DNA from: Selaginella moellendorffii
Taxonomy: Eukaryota; Plantae; Lycopodiophyta
Length of the DNA: 64,000 bases
Direction: 5' to 3'
Assembly: GCF_000143415.4 (NCBI RefSeq)
Contig: NW_003314335.1
Span: forward strand, 278,113 to 342,112
In this document: one piece after another, positions 48,301 to 62,646 of the stretch
How the letters are laid out: the number at the start of each line of letters is the position of its first letter
Position numbering within the stretch: the stretch's first letter is position 1
Program-made: the position numbers and the translations under genes
Notes under the pieces: generated by a model
Told to the model about the DNA's origin: nothing
Seen by the model: the letters and a program-made list of their open reading frames with translations, nothing else
Database searches by the model: none

Positions 48301-49545
48301 TTCTCCTTCAATGTTTAATTTGTGTTGAATTGGTAAATAGTAGACAAAATGCTATGCTCATTATACACGATATTGAGTCTAGACTGAGTTAGTTGAAAAT
48401 ATAAGGTTGTAGGATTTGTTATAACATTTCCTCAACATTTTTTCCATTATAAAGATTTTTATTTCTTAGTCTTTTTTTATTTGAGTTAGTGTTTGGCAAA
48501 TCCTGCCTTTCTGTAAGTTTTTCTCATGTTAATTTTAAGTCTTATATCTTTTTAGTTGGGTTTTAGGGTGATAGTTATTATGATTTTGGTTCTGTTTCTA
48601 CTATATTCATTCATCCAATATTTTCCAGTGTTAATATTAAGCGCACATTTTTTTTAGGTTTTTTAGCATACCAATTTTCAAGAAGATATTGTTGGTATTG
48701 AGAAATTTCTTGACTTGGTATAACTTTTGATTGCAGAGCATTAAGATTTGACATAAGTTAAAGGAGAGGAAATAAGAAGATATCAATCATAAAGTGTTTA
48801 AATTGTCAAGGGTTACTTATCAAGAGAAGGGGAGATGAGCAAATTATTGATAAAAAAATAAAGAAAAGAGGAAAGATGAATTTATATTGAAACGCCTTAA
48901 AATACAAAAATTCTAGAAACTTTTGATAAATTACCTTAAGCTAATTTAGGCATTAATATTAAGTATTCATACATGACTTGAATTCAAATTTTATGAGCAA
49001 AGGTTTGAGGTTCAAATCTTATAATGGATAATGATGGCAAAATATACTTCAAAAAATACACTTTGAGTGTATTAAATATTTAATTGCTTATTTATTCTTT
49101 CTGACATATGGGCTATGAGTAAGTGTCATCATTAATAATAGAGTACGAAGAGTAGTATTGAAGAAATCAAGTGACCTATCAAGTGTAGTATTATTATTAT
49201 GTTTTTAATAACATGTATGATTTAATATACACAGTTAAACCAAGTGTTACTTCAATACAAAATGTAGCAGTTTATTTTTTCCTCAAGAGGACAAGCTTTA
49301 ACTATGGTATGAAGCATTGGAATATTCTACTAATTAGCAATAGTAGTGATAATAAGAACAAGTTTATTTGTCAAGTAAAATATATTTTAACTTTATAGTA
49401 GGTTTATTATAGTAAAATAATAATAGAAAGATATCTAGTAAAGTAATATAAGAGTTTATCCTATTTTTAACACTTGGCTTAATAAGATAAACTTGTTTTA
49501 GTATAAAAATGAATTATTAATGAGGTTTCTATAAAATTAATACTA

Positions 49546-50047
49546 ATGACAATTCATATACACTACATTCTATTCATGTTTTTGTATTCATATTTTATCA
49601 TATTTGTAAACAGCAGCAAGGTAAGAGTTTGATTACTTAAGTATAGTTAATATGCATAATCTAACTTAAGAAAATCTTAACTAGTGTGATTATACAATTA
49701 GTATACAAACTGGATGTGTAGACAAAGCAGGAACCGATGCTAATATTAATATTTTTTTTTTCTCTTTACAAGGGCATCTGTTACCATTTTTTAATATAGA
49801 TAACAAAGATAATAATTTTGAGAAATGTCAGCTTGACACATTTCATGTTCAGGGAGATTGTTTACCTAATGAAGATAAGATATGTAGAATGATTATAGAA
49901 CGGGATAATGCTGGTCGATATCAAAATTGGTATATTGATTGGATACAAATTACAGGAGCAGGAAATGGCCCTAAAAAATTTGATGTGGATGCTTGGCTTG
50001 ATAATGATAACCAGCATAAAGATATTGATTTATGCAAAGGATTATAA
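49546..50047 (+). CDS. Second secreted Cys-rich PLAT/LH2-domain protein (ATS3-like), 2 exons, 145 aa; absent from the ORF track
   Basis: Exon 1 49546-49620 (MTIHIHYILFMFLYSYFIIFVNSSK). GT-AG intron 49621-49684. Exon 2 49685-50047 open: CDYTISIQTGCVDKAGTDANINI...NNFEKCQLDTF...ICRMIIERDNAGRYQNWYIDW...FDVDAWLD...LCKGL*. Confidence 0.82.
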
Positions 50048-50979
50048 TATTTCTGGTATAATTAAAAAAGAGAAAAGATATATTAGAGGTAGAAAAAATA
50101 AATAATCTCATAAATAATTAGTTCTTTTAAGCTGGTTTATGATATGATATAAAATAATATAACACAATAAAATTATCCTACTTAATTTATTTAGTCTTAT
50201 AGATTTTATTTGCCATCAAAGCTCTAGTTGTTTTTATATAAATTAATATGGAAAAATAGTAATTTATTTAGTATATATATTCTATATAAATAGATTCTAA
50301 GATAAATAAAAAATCCATTTATACAATCATGGATTTATATATAAAAGTAGTAAAAAACCCAAGACTAAGAGCTTAAATCTCAAGTAAACACCAAACACTA
50401 GATAAAGACCAATATTTGGCATTTCTTTTACTTATTTATAATGTAATATTTCATATCAAGAAAGAAAGATAATTCACAATTATGTATTTACAGACAGATT
50501 AGTTAAGCTAAGCTAAGCTTGTTTTATCTAATCCCAACCATTCAAAAAACCACTTAAGTACTATGAAGTGGTATAAGATCTTTATACTTCTAAATATATT
50601 AGCATTTTTTCGCATGGCTATATATCCTTGTGTGAGTGCATAAAATATGGAAATAAATAACAAAAACATGTCTGGATTGAAAATAATCCAATAGCTACAA
50701 GATCCCACAATGCTAATAAAAGTATTAGGAAAAGACACTAGAGGATATATAGGTGGTATTAATTATTTCTAATCCTTTTATACAAATTTATGGAGGATTG
50801 GCTTATTGAATATTATATTAAACCTTATAAACTTGTAGACTAACTTGCCACAACACCCAATAGTCCCTTCCATTGAGCAAATAACCCTTTACACAAACTA
50901 TATACTATAAGATAGACTCTACTTGAACAAATGGAAGAATATTCATCAAAGTCAAACCCAAGTCAGGAATAAGACTTAT

Positions 50980-53900
50980 GAACATTGTAAATGAGACACC
51001 TCCAAGTGGTCAAATGTGTGGTTAAGTGACTAAAGTAAAATCAAAAATTAATTGCTTACAATTTGGTATTAAAGTTATTCCCTAATCTAACTTTTATTAG
51101 TGGTTAAATATATCACCATTTGTATTGGCATTGGAAGGTCTTTATTTTTGAAGAGTAATATGTCAAGATAGCATGACTCTCCACTTTAGTTCATACATGA
51201 ACATGTATATAATGTGGTGGATAGAAAGGGGTCAATAAATAAATGACTTTAGATCTTGGGAATAATAGAAAATTTTCCTCAAAGAGTTGAAAATGTGATT
51301 TATATAAGTGTTTGATTTAGCAAATTTGCTAATGTAGTTATGGTAAACAACTATAGTTGGGATCACAAAAAGGATAAAGACTCCAAAACAATAAAGGAGT
51401 CACAAGATAATACTTATATAGTTAAGGATGATATCTATGAATTTGAGTCTAGAGTTAATGATTATGAAAGGTTAAATATGAATGAAGACACATTTATGGT
51501 GGCACCTCAAAAATAGCTATGAAACTAGGACCTTACAAGACGTAGATTAACAAATTTTAAAATTTAGATGACTCAATAAAGTCAAGGGATAAAACCAAAC
51601 CATAAAAATCAAAGGGCATAATTGAAAATAGTTATATAAGTTGGGAGTGGAGAATCAAGTGGGTGTTCAAAATGTTGTTACTGACAATTGTATTGCTATG
51701 GAAAGTTTAAAATATGGAATCGTCTATATTAGACTTTATAGCCATTAGAAAGCTTACGAAAGAAGAAGCATTAGCAAGTTAAGAAACAAAAAATTTTCAA
51801 TGTTCAAAAAGATAATTTTAGGTAAATTAGTACCTAAAAAGACAAATGTAAATGATTTATAAAATTGCACAAAATTAAAATGGTACAGCAGAAGCATGGT
51901 CTTAAAACTTGCCATAAAGTGATGTTATCAAGGTTAGAGAGGTAGTTCTTGTGGGTTCAAACAAATGACTTTCAATAAAAGTCAATATTTAAGGACTTTC
52001 ATGCTTATGCAAAGAATTATATTATATTGGTTAGGTGACTTGCTAAGTAGAATTGACAAGTTGGAGGAATGAAAACCCTAGTTGAATCTAATAACTTAAA
52101 AAGAGTGGCCCATGAGGCCAAGCATAGGGGAGTCCATGCATGATCATAAGTAAGTCAATTAACTTGTCAAGTGAGAGGATTTGGAAGCTCAGAGGAATTA
52201 AATTCCTAAGTGATGATTCATAACACACGTTGGATTAAGTTGGTGCATCGGCATAGGGAGTCACACCAAACATCCTAGGTAATGCCATCTGCAAATGCAT
52301 ATACAAAAGTTAGGTTTGAGTTTCAACCGTTTAGTTTTTGGGTTTGAGTCCCAACTTACTAGGGTGTGATGATAATTTGGAATATAAAGACACTCATTTT
52401 TGGTAGTCATGGACTCTTAGTAAGAAGGCTAGTTTGGGCACACTGCTAAATGGGGATGCCCTGGAGTCATAATACATGGTTAGAGTGTTTAATGTGAAAA
52501 CTCAACATATCTAGCTTACTTTAGTGCAATTGATATTGAGGACCTGGTAAATGAAATGGGAACACCTAGTCTCAATTGCTATGGACTTTTGGTCAAAAGG
52601 GTTAGTTTGGGTGCAACACTAAGTGTGAGGATGCCCTCGAGGTCGTGGTTAATAATTTAGAGATCTGGTAGACATAATACATATTGATAAACCCATTAAG
52701 CTATCTATGTGGGATCACTAAGTGATTCCATGGCTAATAATCAAAGGCAAAGCTCCTTGGCGGGTTAAGGAATGGTATTTTTGATTCTTGAACAAATAAT
52801 ATGATGTGATTTAGTCAAGGTGACCAAATGGGAAATATGCCTAAAGGAAATAAGCTATGACAATGCAATGGTATTGTAAGAAAGTAATCTCTAAGGAAGG
52901 ACTCATAAAAAGGTTGCAATATTAAGCCGTGGGTAGAGCCCATAGCAGAAAATGTTAGAGAGATTTATTAAGGGTGAACACCCAAACCAAAGCCTTTATT
53001 ATAGAACAAAAAGAATACCTCAAGGATAGAAATAGTGATCTTATGTTGCCTTATGCAACAATCAAAGGATAGGAGCAAAAGACTAGTGGCCAAGAATAAG
53101 CTTTAAAAAAAATTAGAAGGAATCCAAATGATAAGTTATGCAACGAATGCTCATATAGTGGATGCTAACAAATTGTGGGAAAGGAAATATATTTTTAAAG
53201 ATGGATTTCCCAAATCCTTCAATATAGTAAAGGTGAAAGCTCCAAGAGATGGAGCAACAAAGTAGCCAAATAATAGGGATATAAACAACTCTAACACAAA
53301 TTATGGATAAATCAAATTAAATGTTTAGTGGCACGAAGTAAAAAAGAGGATAATAGTGCCCTCAATTGAAAGACTTTCTAGGATGGGAAAGTGAAGTTTG
53401 CACAACATATGCAATTCAAGGTGTCAGAAACACAAGTAAGATTGAAATAGAAAAAGTGTCTTTAACAAATTTAGTAAGAACTAAATGAACAAAAGGAAAG
53501 AACCATCACATATAATTTAATAAGACTTTAAGTTGAAGAAATTATGTTCCTTAAAGGATGGAAAGGCATGGTGAGCCTTTAGTGTTGAATCATTGATGAA
53601 TATTGGCTTGGTACTAAGGAAAATTATAACTCATGATAGGTTTACTTTATGAAATGGTTTATCATTCAATAAAGGTATTGTAAGCAACTAAATTTTCATT
53701 TTTACTTTAGTTACTTAACGACACCTTTGACCATTTGGAGGAGTCTCACTCACAACCTCCATAATCCCATTCTTTACTTAAAGACATGTTAGCCCCATAA
53801 ATGGCATCTATGCCATTTAGCCTTTGCACTTGGTCTAAATGCTTCATATGTCTGATCCCATGATAGACTAACGAAAGGTACCACTAACATTTCAGCCTAT

Positions 53901-55700
53901 TATGGTAAGGCCATATCCATTTACTCTCGTTTCATTGGTAGTCCAAGACCACTTATGCCATATTCCCATTCTAAAAAATTGGGCCATTTATCCATAAGTG
54001 GTCATCTTAGGACCACATCTTAATATTCTTAGGATGCTTAGAGACATGAAGAATACTCTTCCCCACTATTTCTTCTTCAATCCCCACCACGTCCCTTTCC
54101 ATCCACAGCCATGCTCGCCAACACTGCCATTAGATTAGGGCCCAAAAGCTCGACCACTAAGTCCCATTAACCTCTGGGACTTGTGACTGTATCCTTAGTC
54201 ATTACACAAGAGGATTTTCCACAGTTTGGGATTTTGGGATGACATTTTGAAACACCATAGCCCTACACAAACCTCATATGTACTCTCTTCAGCTTCTACC
54301 CTTAGGTGCCCTGGTTATGTGGCTAGAGTGAGGTTTCGATGAGCCATACCAAGTATCCAAGTAAGTAGTGTCACCCACGCTTCGATTGAGAGTATCGATC
54401 ATTCGATCTCCTGGGAGAGCTAAATGTAAGCTCTTGAATTTGAACTTGTCAGGAGGTCATCCAACCCAGTACTATTCAAACCCAAGGATGCTTAACCCCA
54501 AATATTCTAAGACCCTTAACCGATTGGAAAAAGGGGTGCACTCTTATTTATAGGCCCTTTCTTTTTATATTTAAACCCCTATAGATCGTGTCTTAAGTCG
54601 TTCTCTTTGATGACATACACTAAAACTGACTCTTAAACACTTCACCAAGTTACCCTACTTATCCATCTATATTCACTTTAGCCTTAAACTCCTTAATGGT
54701 TATATCATCACCCATTACATAGGTATAGCTTTCCTTAGTCACATTTGCTCCATTGGAATTCTCCCCCTACTATCCTTTTGGAGCTCATCAAACCCCCTAG
54801 GGTTTGTGAAATGATTGCTTTAGACTTTCACCCTTGGACTTAGACTTGGACTTGGACTCGGTCTCTACCCTGGTAAAAACTTGATGGATCATATAATTGT
54901 CTTAGGTGCGAGAGAGAATTCAATGGAGAACTAGTTGCAATAGTCTATTGCTGTGATTGTAGAGTGCCAAAGGGTTTTTGATGTCATTATTCTTGAGTTG
55001 GCACTATGCTTCTCACCTTAGAACATGCTACCAAACGCATGAATCAATTAAAAATTAACTTAAGACTTTCAATCCCCAAGAAAGCTTATGTGAGTTATCG
55101 TGAGTAAAGATAAGTTTAAGATCACTAGAATACTTTGAGTCTTGAGTAAATGAATGTGCATTAGTGTTAAGCTAAAGTATAATAAAGATAGGGATAGGGG
55201 TCAAGTGTTAACTCTCCCCTTTAACTACTCCTACATGGTGGTAACTACCACTTTTTGAGTTCTAACTATCAAGATTGTAATCTTAAGTGTCAAGGTTGTA
55301 AACCTAATTGTTAAGAAAATGCTCGAATGCATAGTTAATTTGCTATGCTTCATCTAGTCTCAATCTTAGTCTTGGTGTCAATCTCAATCTCTATCTTAAT
55401 CCCACTACTCATTCCTAAATAGTCCCAACCTCCATTAATATAACCATTATACTTTGGAACTATAATATTGACTTCTCAAGTCAATTTCTTTAGTATCTCT
55501 GACACTTTGAATTGCACATGTTGTGCAAATTTCATTTCCCCATTTTAGGAAGTTTTTCAATTAAAGGCACCATCATCCTCTATTTTACTTCGTACCACTC
55601 TAGGCATTAAGTTCCATTTATCCATAATTTATTAAAAACTTGGTGAAAATGTTGGTTAGTGATGTTGTAGTTTTGTTGCAAATGTGAGAGAGAATTCAGT
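50980..55700. mobile_element. Decayed, nested LTR-retrotransposon relics
   Basis: LTR-like end plus PBS-like TTGGTATTAAAG at ~51060, mirrored in inverted orientation at ~53680-53760. 53290-53430 recurs inverted at 55500-55630. No intact ORFs. Confidence 0.5.
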
Positions 55701-56638
55701 GAAGAGCTAGCTATGACGGTAATGGATTTATAGTAATAATAAAAATTTAATATAAATATATATTATAAAATAATTAATGTTAATATTAATTATTAAATAT
55801 TAAAATAATAATTTCTTCTGTAAATGAGGTGATAATGCAAAACCTCTATTTAATAGCAACTATTGCAACTAGGATTAGATACACAGATCTAAATATTATT
55901 AAAATTAATAATTTTTTAAAATAACTATTTAATAAAAATGTTACCACTAAAACCTTAACAGAATATTCTTTTATGTACTAAACTATGTTGAGGACTCTCT
56001 TGGCTCCCTATGTTGGCTAGTCAAGTCTATCACTACAAGCTATTAAGTACAAAATGAAACAAGGCTGAAACTAGCTCTTCAATCTCTTCAATATTCTTTT
56101 GGTTTTCTTGTTTTAAGCTGTTGTGATTGCTATTAGTAATTATTGAACATTTGGTTTCATAAAATGGAGACTTTAGGCTTTCAGAAGTCAACAACGTCCA
56201 AGGTCTCCAAAGGACGTTGATCCAACTTTTGCATATCCAGGGATATCAAACACTAAAAGGTCTTGGAATTGCATACAATTTCAAAACTTCCCAAATCTTT
56301 GCCATTAGCAATAACCCCCTTCCATACTGTAGCTATACATACTTACAATGGTTCCATAGAGAAAAGGGGAGAATGTAAGCTTTAATTTCCTTGATATCCC
56401 TAGAGTTTCCCATTTCAGTTTTGTGCTTGAAAAACTTGACAGTACCAATACTTAATTTCTTTCTCCAGTTGCAAATTGAGAATGTATGCATTGAGCAGTG
56501 TTTTGCAAGAAGCTGCTGAAGATGCTTTGTACATAAAAGGGAGTAGCCAGAAAACCTCGAACTGTAATTGATGTGGGATTTGATAATAAAGCTGGGAGAC
56601 TTTAAGAGTGTAATTAGCGATGGTGGTGTGGATTTGTG

Positions 56639-57015
56639 ATGAACAGGAACGCCAGCATCGATCTTGTCAAGTCATGCACAACACAACGTCAGGCTGGGGA
56701 GATCTACAATCGTATTCATCACCTAGTAGTTTCCGACGTCTACCTCGCCAATCTCCTGATTCAGCTACTTGGCAAAGTTGGCAGCCCACAGCTCTCCCGC
56801 CAGATCTTTGATTCAGTGCCTTGCCACAAAAGAGACTCGTACACATGGGACTACCTCCTCGTGGCCTATGCCCAAAACGGGCATATCAATCAAACGCAAC
56901 AAGTCTTCGATGCAATGCCCCGGAGAAACCTCGTGTCCAGCACCACACTCTTGCGCTTGTATGCCCAGGCCGGGGATCTGGAGGGGGCGATACGAGTGTT
57001 CCAAACGATGGCATT
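56639..57015 (+). CDS. PLS-class PPR protein, 5' part, truncated by the assembly gap
   Basis: DVYLANLLIQLLGKVG, TWDYLLVAYAQNGH and FDAMPRRNLVSSTTLL motifs. Confidence 0.75.
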
Positions 57016-57115
57016 NNNNNNNNNNNNNNNNNNNNNNNNNNNNNNNNNNNNNNNNNNNNNNNNNNNNNNNNNNNNNNNNNNNNNNNNNNNNNNNNNNNNN
57101 NNNNNNNNNNNNNNN
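57016..57115. other. Assembly gap (100 N)
   Basis: Run of n characters. Confidence 1.
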
Positions 57116-57281
57116 CTCAGATTGACTCTCACTTTGTACTGTAGGGCATATAATTATCTATAAAATCCTGATTAAGCTAATTCCTTTTAACCATGCCTTC
57201 TAACCGCCACTAGGAATATTCTTCGTATAGCTTCCCGGAAAAGCCTCCTGGATTAGGGTTCTTGGGCGCAAGTTTGAAATC

Positions 57282-60140
57282 ATGTCGAGCGGCCTCACGG
57301 TCGTGAAGCTGCGCGAGGCGCTTCGCAAGCGCAATCTCGACGCGACGGGGCTCAAGGCGGATTTGGTAATGTCTGTGTGGTTCGATCGAGCTTGAGAATG
57401 CGTTTTCCCCTTGTAATCCCTAGGTCGCCAGGCTCGACGATGCGATCGCCGCCGAAGCACCGACGACGAAGAAATCCCCGACAAAGAAGCGAGCTGCAAA
57501 GAGAAAAGGCGAGGAGGAAGACGAAGACGATGGAGACGATGCCCCACCGGCGCCTAAAAGATCGAAGGCCGACGAGGTAAAAAGAATGACAGTGGTAGAT
57601 CTCCGCGCGGCATTGAGCGAGCGTCAGCTTGCCACGACTGGGCGGAAGAACGATCTCGTGGAGAGGTTAATTGCTGCTCTCGAAAGTGATGTCGACAAAG
57701 GTAACGCGAATGGAAGTCTTCCTTCTCACCGTGATTTTGATAGATGAGGAAGATGCCAAGAGCGATGCTACTGCCAAAGATCAAGCCGACGATACCCAGC
57801 CCGACTCTCGCAGAGCAAGTGCTCGTGGCAAGGAGAAAGAAGGAAAGAAGGAAAGGGAGGAGGAAGCTAAGATGGTAAAAGCTTACAAGAAGGGTCGCGC
57901 GGTCTTGGACGAGGTGCTAGCCGATCATATTAAATCGTCGTGTCATGTTCTAGAAGAGGTGCGTTCTCTTTACTTTTCTAGTGAGTTTTTTTATCCTAAG
58001 CCAGTGGTTATTTCACATAGGGGGACGATGTGTATGATGCAATGCTCAATCAAACCAACGTAGGAGAGAACAATAACAAGTACTATAAGCTCCAAGTGCT
58101 AGGCAAGTACGCTTACAAATCGTTTCTTGTGTTACTGACAGCGTTACATGGCAGAATCTGATGACAACTCCCAGTACTTTGCGTGGTTTCGTTGGGGTCG
58201 AGTTGGATACAAAGGTCAAAACCAGCTCCATAACTTATCCCGAGAAGGTGCAAAACGGGAATTCGAGAAGAAGTTTTATCAGAAGACTCGTAACAACTGG
58301 AGGGATCGCAGTCGGTTTGTTTCACACCCGCAAAAATACACGCTTCTGGAAATGGACTACGAAGAGGAAGATGCCGCGAAAAAAAAGGTTGCATTTGCAA
58401 TCCAACTACGAGATCCTGACTTTCTCTTCTTGCAGACGGAGAAGAAGAAAGACGTGGTCCCTCCTATGAAGAAGCAAGTTCAGAGCAAACTTGACAGCCG
58501 TGTTGCGCAATTTGTGTCTCTGATTTGCGATCTCAAAATGATGAGGCAACAAATGGTGGAGATAGGATATGACGCTCGAAAGATGCCCCTTGGCAAGCTA
58601 AGCAAGGCGACAATCCTAAAGGTGACGTGCCTCTTTTGAACTCTTGACGAGACTGGGTAACTTTTGTGTTTTCCAGGGATATCAAACACTGAAATCCATT
58701 CAAGGGGTGTTGGAATCGCGTGGACCACCGCAAACCTTGCTAGACTTGAGCAGGTAAAGTTTATTCTAATCTGGTTTGACTCAACATATGTTTATTTGGT
58801 TTTGCAGCGAGTTCTACACACTTATCCCGCACGATTTTGGCTTTCAGAATATCCGTAAGTTCCCAATTTTGGTTTATTCATCAGATTGCGAGCTTATATT
58901 TGCAGGACAACAAACTATTAACACTATCGAGAAGCTGAAAAAGAAAATTGAAATGGTACTATGCGTGACGTCGATACGTTTAATACAAGCTTATGTTTTT
59001 CTAATCAGGTTGAGGCTCTTGGAGAGATTGCAATCGCTGCGCAGGTTCTAGAAGAAGATGACGAGGAGGTAAAGTACTTGTTTAACATCAGTGTAAAATC
59101 TCAATGTTTTTCTTGTACACAGGATGATCCAGCATTTGCACATTACAAAAGGCTGATGTGCAAGCTTGAACCACTCGACCAAAGTGGTGAAGAATTCAAA
59201 ATGGTTTGTAACAAGTTTTGAAAGTTTAGGTGCATACAAGTAAAAATTGTCTTTGTTTTCCAGATCCAGGAGTATTTGAAGAACACCCATGGCCAAACAC
59301 ATCGCAGTTATGACCTTATTTTACAGGATGTATTCAAGGTTCAGAGAGATGAAGAAGATGCGGGTTTTCGTAGTGTAAGTGAGGCGCATTCTGCTAGAGC
59401 AATCGCTTACTCTGCATTTGCAGTTTTCTCAAACTCCCAACCGCATGCTTCTCTGGCACGGCTCACGGCTGACAAACTGGACGGGCATTCTTTCTCAAGG
59501 TTATTTTGTTGTGCTCAGACATAGACTAAACCGTTTATGGATTTAGGACTCCGTATTGCTCCTCCGGAAGCACCATCGACGGGTTATATGTTTGGGAAAG
59601 GCGTTTATTTTGCTGACATGGTATCCAAGAGTGCCAACTATTGCTTTACTACATCGCAAAATCCCCGTGGAGTTCTCCTCTTGTGTGAGGTACCCCGCTC
59701 TTCTTTTTGCTCGCAACCGTCATTCTTTGCGTGTTTCAGGTGGCTCTTGGACAGATGAATGAGCTTTATCAAGCGGACTACAATGCGAACAGACTCCCTC
59801 CCGGAAAGCTAAGGTCACGCAGTGCTGTTTCCTCGTTGCTTCTATTGGTTTTTGAATGTGGTGTGGTATTTCAGCACGAAGGGTCTGGGTCGATCGGTAC
59901 CAAATAGCTCGCAGTTTAAGACGCTACCAGATGGAGTAGTCGTGCCTCTGGGAAAACCAGTGAAATCTCCTAACGTAAGTTAACGTATTTCCGGCTCGTG
60001 TGTGACGTGGTTTGTTTTTCTTTTCTTTGCAGAGCAATACTAGCCTCGAGTACAACGAGTACATCGTCTATGACACCAAGCAGATCAGAATGCGATATGT
60101 TTTGCAAGTGGATTTCCAATACAAGCTCGGCCGCTATTGA
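57282..60140 (+). CDS. PARP2: Poly(ADP-ribose) polymerase 2 (two SAP domains, WGR, regulatory and catalytic domains)
   Basis: SAP motifs [21 protein letters not shown] and [19 protein letters not shown]; RWGRVG; KMPLGKLSK; LWHGSR; [12 protein letters not shown]; LEYNEYIVY (H-Y-E triad). Many short introns. Confidence 0.92.
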
Positions 60141-60332
60141 ACAATGCTGGTCCTTTTCTTTTTCTTTTTCACTGTAAATATAACACGTTTCAGGAACAAA
60201 AGCTGATGAACTTAACATGCTAAACTCCTTAGGGCAAACAGAGGAATATGGTTTTCTGAGCCGTGACAAGGTATGGCTGCTTCGAGCTCCATGTAAACTC
60301 TTCATCCTTGGTTTTCTTTCATTCTTTCCAGG

Positions 60333-61647
60333 ATGGCGTTTTGTGTGCATTGTGTAAATGCGGGGGCGACGGGCTTTGGAGCAGCTTACAATGGTGCTAG
60401 AGGTATCTGCTTGGCTACGTTTTTTTCACGCTTCCAGCTGTGTGGTCTTGCAGAAAATTGTGGAGAGATACGCAGCAGCGTGTGCTTCAGGCAAATGAAA
60501 GGGGCAGTAAGCTTCAATTTTGCTGCATCGCCGCTTGCAAGAGATAAATGTGGAAGAAAAGCGAAGCTCCTCAGGTCTCTCTTTCCTTTCTGTAACTCTT
60601 TTTATTTACACGGGACGTTTCCAGGTTTGTGAGGGCTGCAACTGTCGAGGACATCGAAGCCGAGAAGCAACTCGTTGAAGAAGATGCTGTACGTATACAT
60701 TGGGCAGTCTCAAGTAAATATGTGATATGACTTTCCAGATGGAAAGAATGGAGAAGACCATTGAGACCGTCAAGTCCAACTTCAACACAATTCGAACAGG
60801 CCGTGCTAGCCCTGCTCTGCTCGATCGTGTTGAGGTATGCTTCTTTCTAAAGCGTTCTAGTTAAATCGTTCTATGGACAGGTCGAATACTATGGAACACT
60901 TGTGCTTCTCAAAACCATTGCTCAAATAAGTACACCGGATGGAAGTACTATACTTGTCCAGCCATTTGATCGATCCAGGTAGAGGATGTGGGAGTTTTGT
61001 TGTTATGACTACTAGCTATTGTGCAGCTTGTCGGCCATTGATAAAGCGATCACAAAGTCGGACCTCGGCCTGACGCCGAGCAACGATGGAATTGTCATTC
61101 GTTTGAATATACCGCAGCTTACTGCTGAAAGAAGGAAGGTAAGTTTGGTTCTCTTTCAATTCCCATTTTCTTTTCATTTACACTTTTTTATCTCTCTTTT
61201 GCAGGAGCTTCTCAAGCTCGTGGCAAAGCTAACCGAGGAGGGGAAGGTTTGATCTATATCGTTTTGAGTCATACTTTTTAGGCCTTGACCAACAGGTAGC
61301 ATTGAGAAATGTCCGAAGGGATGCCATCAAATCGTACGAAAAGCTCGAAAAGGTATCTAAATTTCCCCGGAACTTCCGCTAACAAATCGAATGGTCAGGA
61401 AAAGAAGATATCCACGGACAATGTAAAGGATCTCTCCACCGAAATGCAGGTAAAATACCAGATCTAATTTTTATCCACCACGCTTCAACAAGAAGCTCTG
61501 ATGCACAGAGGCTCACGGACGAATACGTGAAAACCGTGGATGATTTGTTCAAACAGAAAGAAAAGGTTTGAGAGCGTAGTCACACAGTCTCAGAGTTAAC
61601 TCCTGTTTCTTTTCCTTTTATTTCCGTAGGAGCTGTCAACCGTGTGA
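60333..61647 (+). CDS. RRF: Chloroplast ribosome recycling factor
   Basis: Transit peptide, then [54 protein letters not shown] and [11 protein letters not shown]. The start codon is less certain. Confidence 0.88.
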
Positions 61648-61831
61648 TCTTGCAAAACTCTTTTATTTATAGGATCAAACATTATACTGGAAGTGTGAAC
61701 AATGCAAAAATTGCTGTATTACAATTCAAATACATGGATCAAACATTTTGTGTGACCTTGATTTCAATGCATTCTATTTTTTAGTATGTAAGAGTGTTAC
61801 TGTCAACTGCAAAATTGTTGTGATCAAAATA

Positions 61832-62482
61832 TCAATCCACCACAGAAGGCAAAGCCCTATTGTCCCAGGCCATGCAGCACCCCTCGGAGCCACAGCAGCA
61901 CATCTCATTGTAAATATACCGCTGCTCGCCGCCCGAGTAGTCAAAGCATAGCTCCTCGCCAACTTTGATATCCCTGCTCGCAAACATCATAATATGGAAC
62001 ATCGGGCGCTCGTCGTCGTCCAAGCCCTCGTACGGAACGTGCTCCACCCGGATGTTCCCGCCGTCACACCGGTGGTTGATGAACCTGGCCACGTTCCCGT
62101 AGGCGACGGCGTCCACCACCACCAAATTGGCCGGGAACCTGGCGTCGCCAGGCATCTGGAACTGGTAGTCATGACGCGCGGAGCTTGAAAAGTCGAGCAC
62201 CTCGCCCACGTACTCGCACACGAAGCTGTCTTTGGGGATTGTTTCCGCGGCTCGGACGCCCCAGCCGCAGCTTTCAGTCTTGAAGATGGCGAGTCTCTTT
62301 TGCATCTGGCAGCTGCACTGCGGGCCGCACCTGTCTTTCGGCTCTGAGCGTGGCGAAGGGTTGCGGTCGAAAGGTGGCAACGGTCCACGAATGTTGTGGC
62401 GCACGTAGTAAAAGTTGGCGACGAAGTCCTTTGGAAACGAGACGCGGTCCATGGAATCCTTTGGTTGTAATGAATGGACCAT
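61832..62482 (-). CDS. Minimal intronless SET-domain protein (SUV39/SUVR-like; truncated pre-SET, SET, post-SET), 216 aa
   Basis: CGPQCSC, GWGVRA, FVCEYVGE, ARFINHRC, ELCFDY and post-SET CCCGSEGC. Confidence 0.85.
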   Translation of the reverse strand: MVHSLQPKDSMDRVSFPKDFVANFYYVRHNIRGPLPPFDRNPSPRSEPKDRCGPQCSCQMQKRLAIFKTESCGWGVRAAETIPKDSFVCEYVGEVLDFSSSARHDYQFQMPGDARFPANLVVVDAVAYGNVARFINHRCDGGNIRVEHVPYEGLDDDERPMFHIMMFASRDIKVGEELCFDYSGGEQRYIYNEMCCCGSEGCCMAWDNRALPSVVD

Positions 62483-62646
62483 CTTTGCGAGGTTTGCGCT
62501 TATATAGTTGGCACCGAAAAAGGGTTAGATGCTAGGTATATTTTACTGGTAGTTAACTCCTGTTGAAGTAAAGGAACTAACCTTAAGGCTTAGTAGGAAA
62601 CGTTTTTCTTTCTCTTGTTAATAATACAACTTGTCTGTGCAAATAG

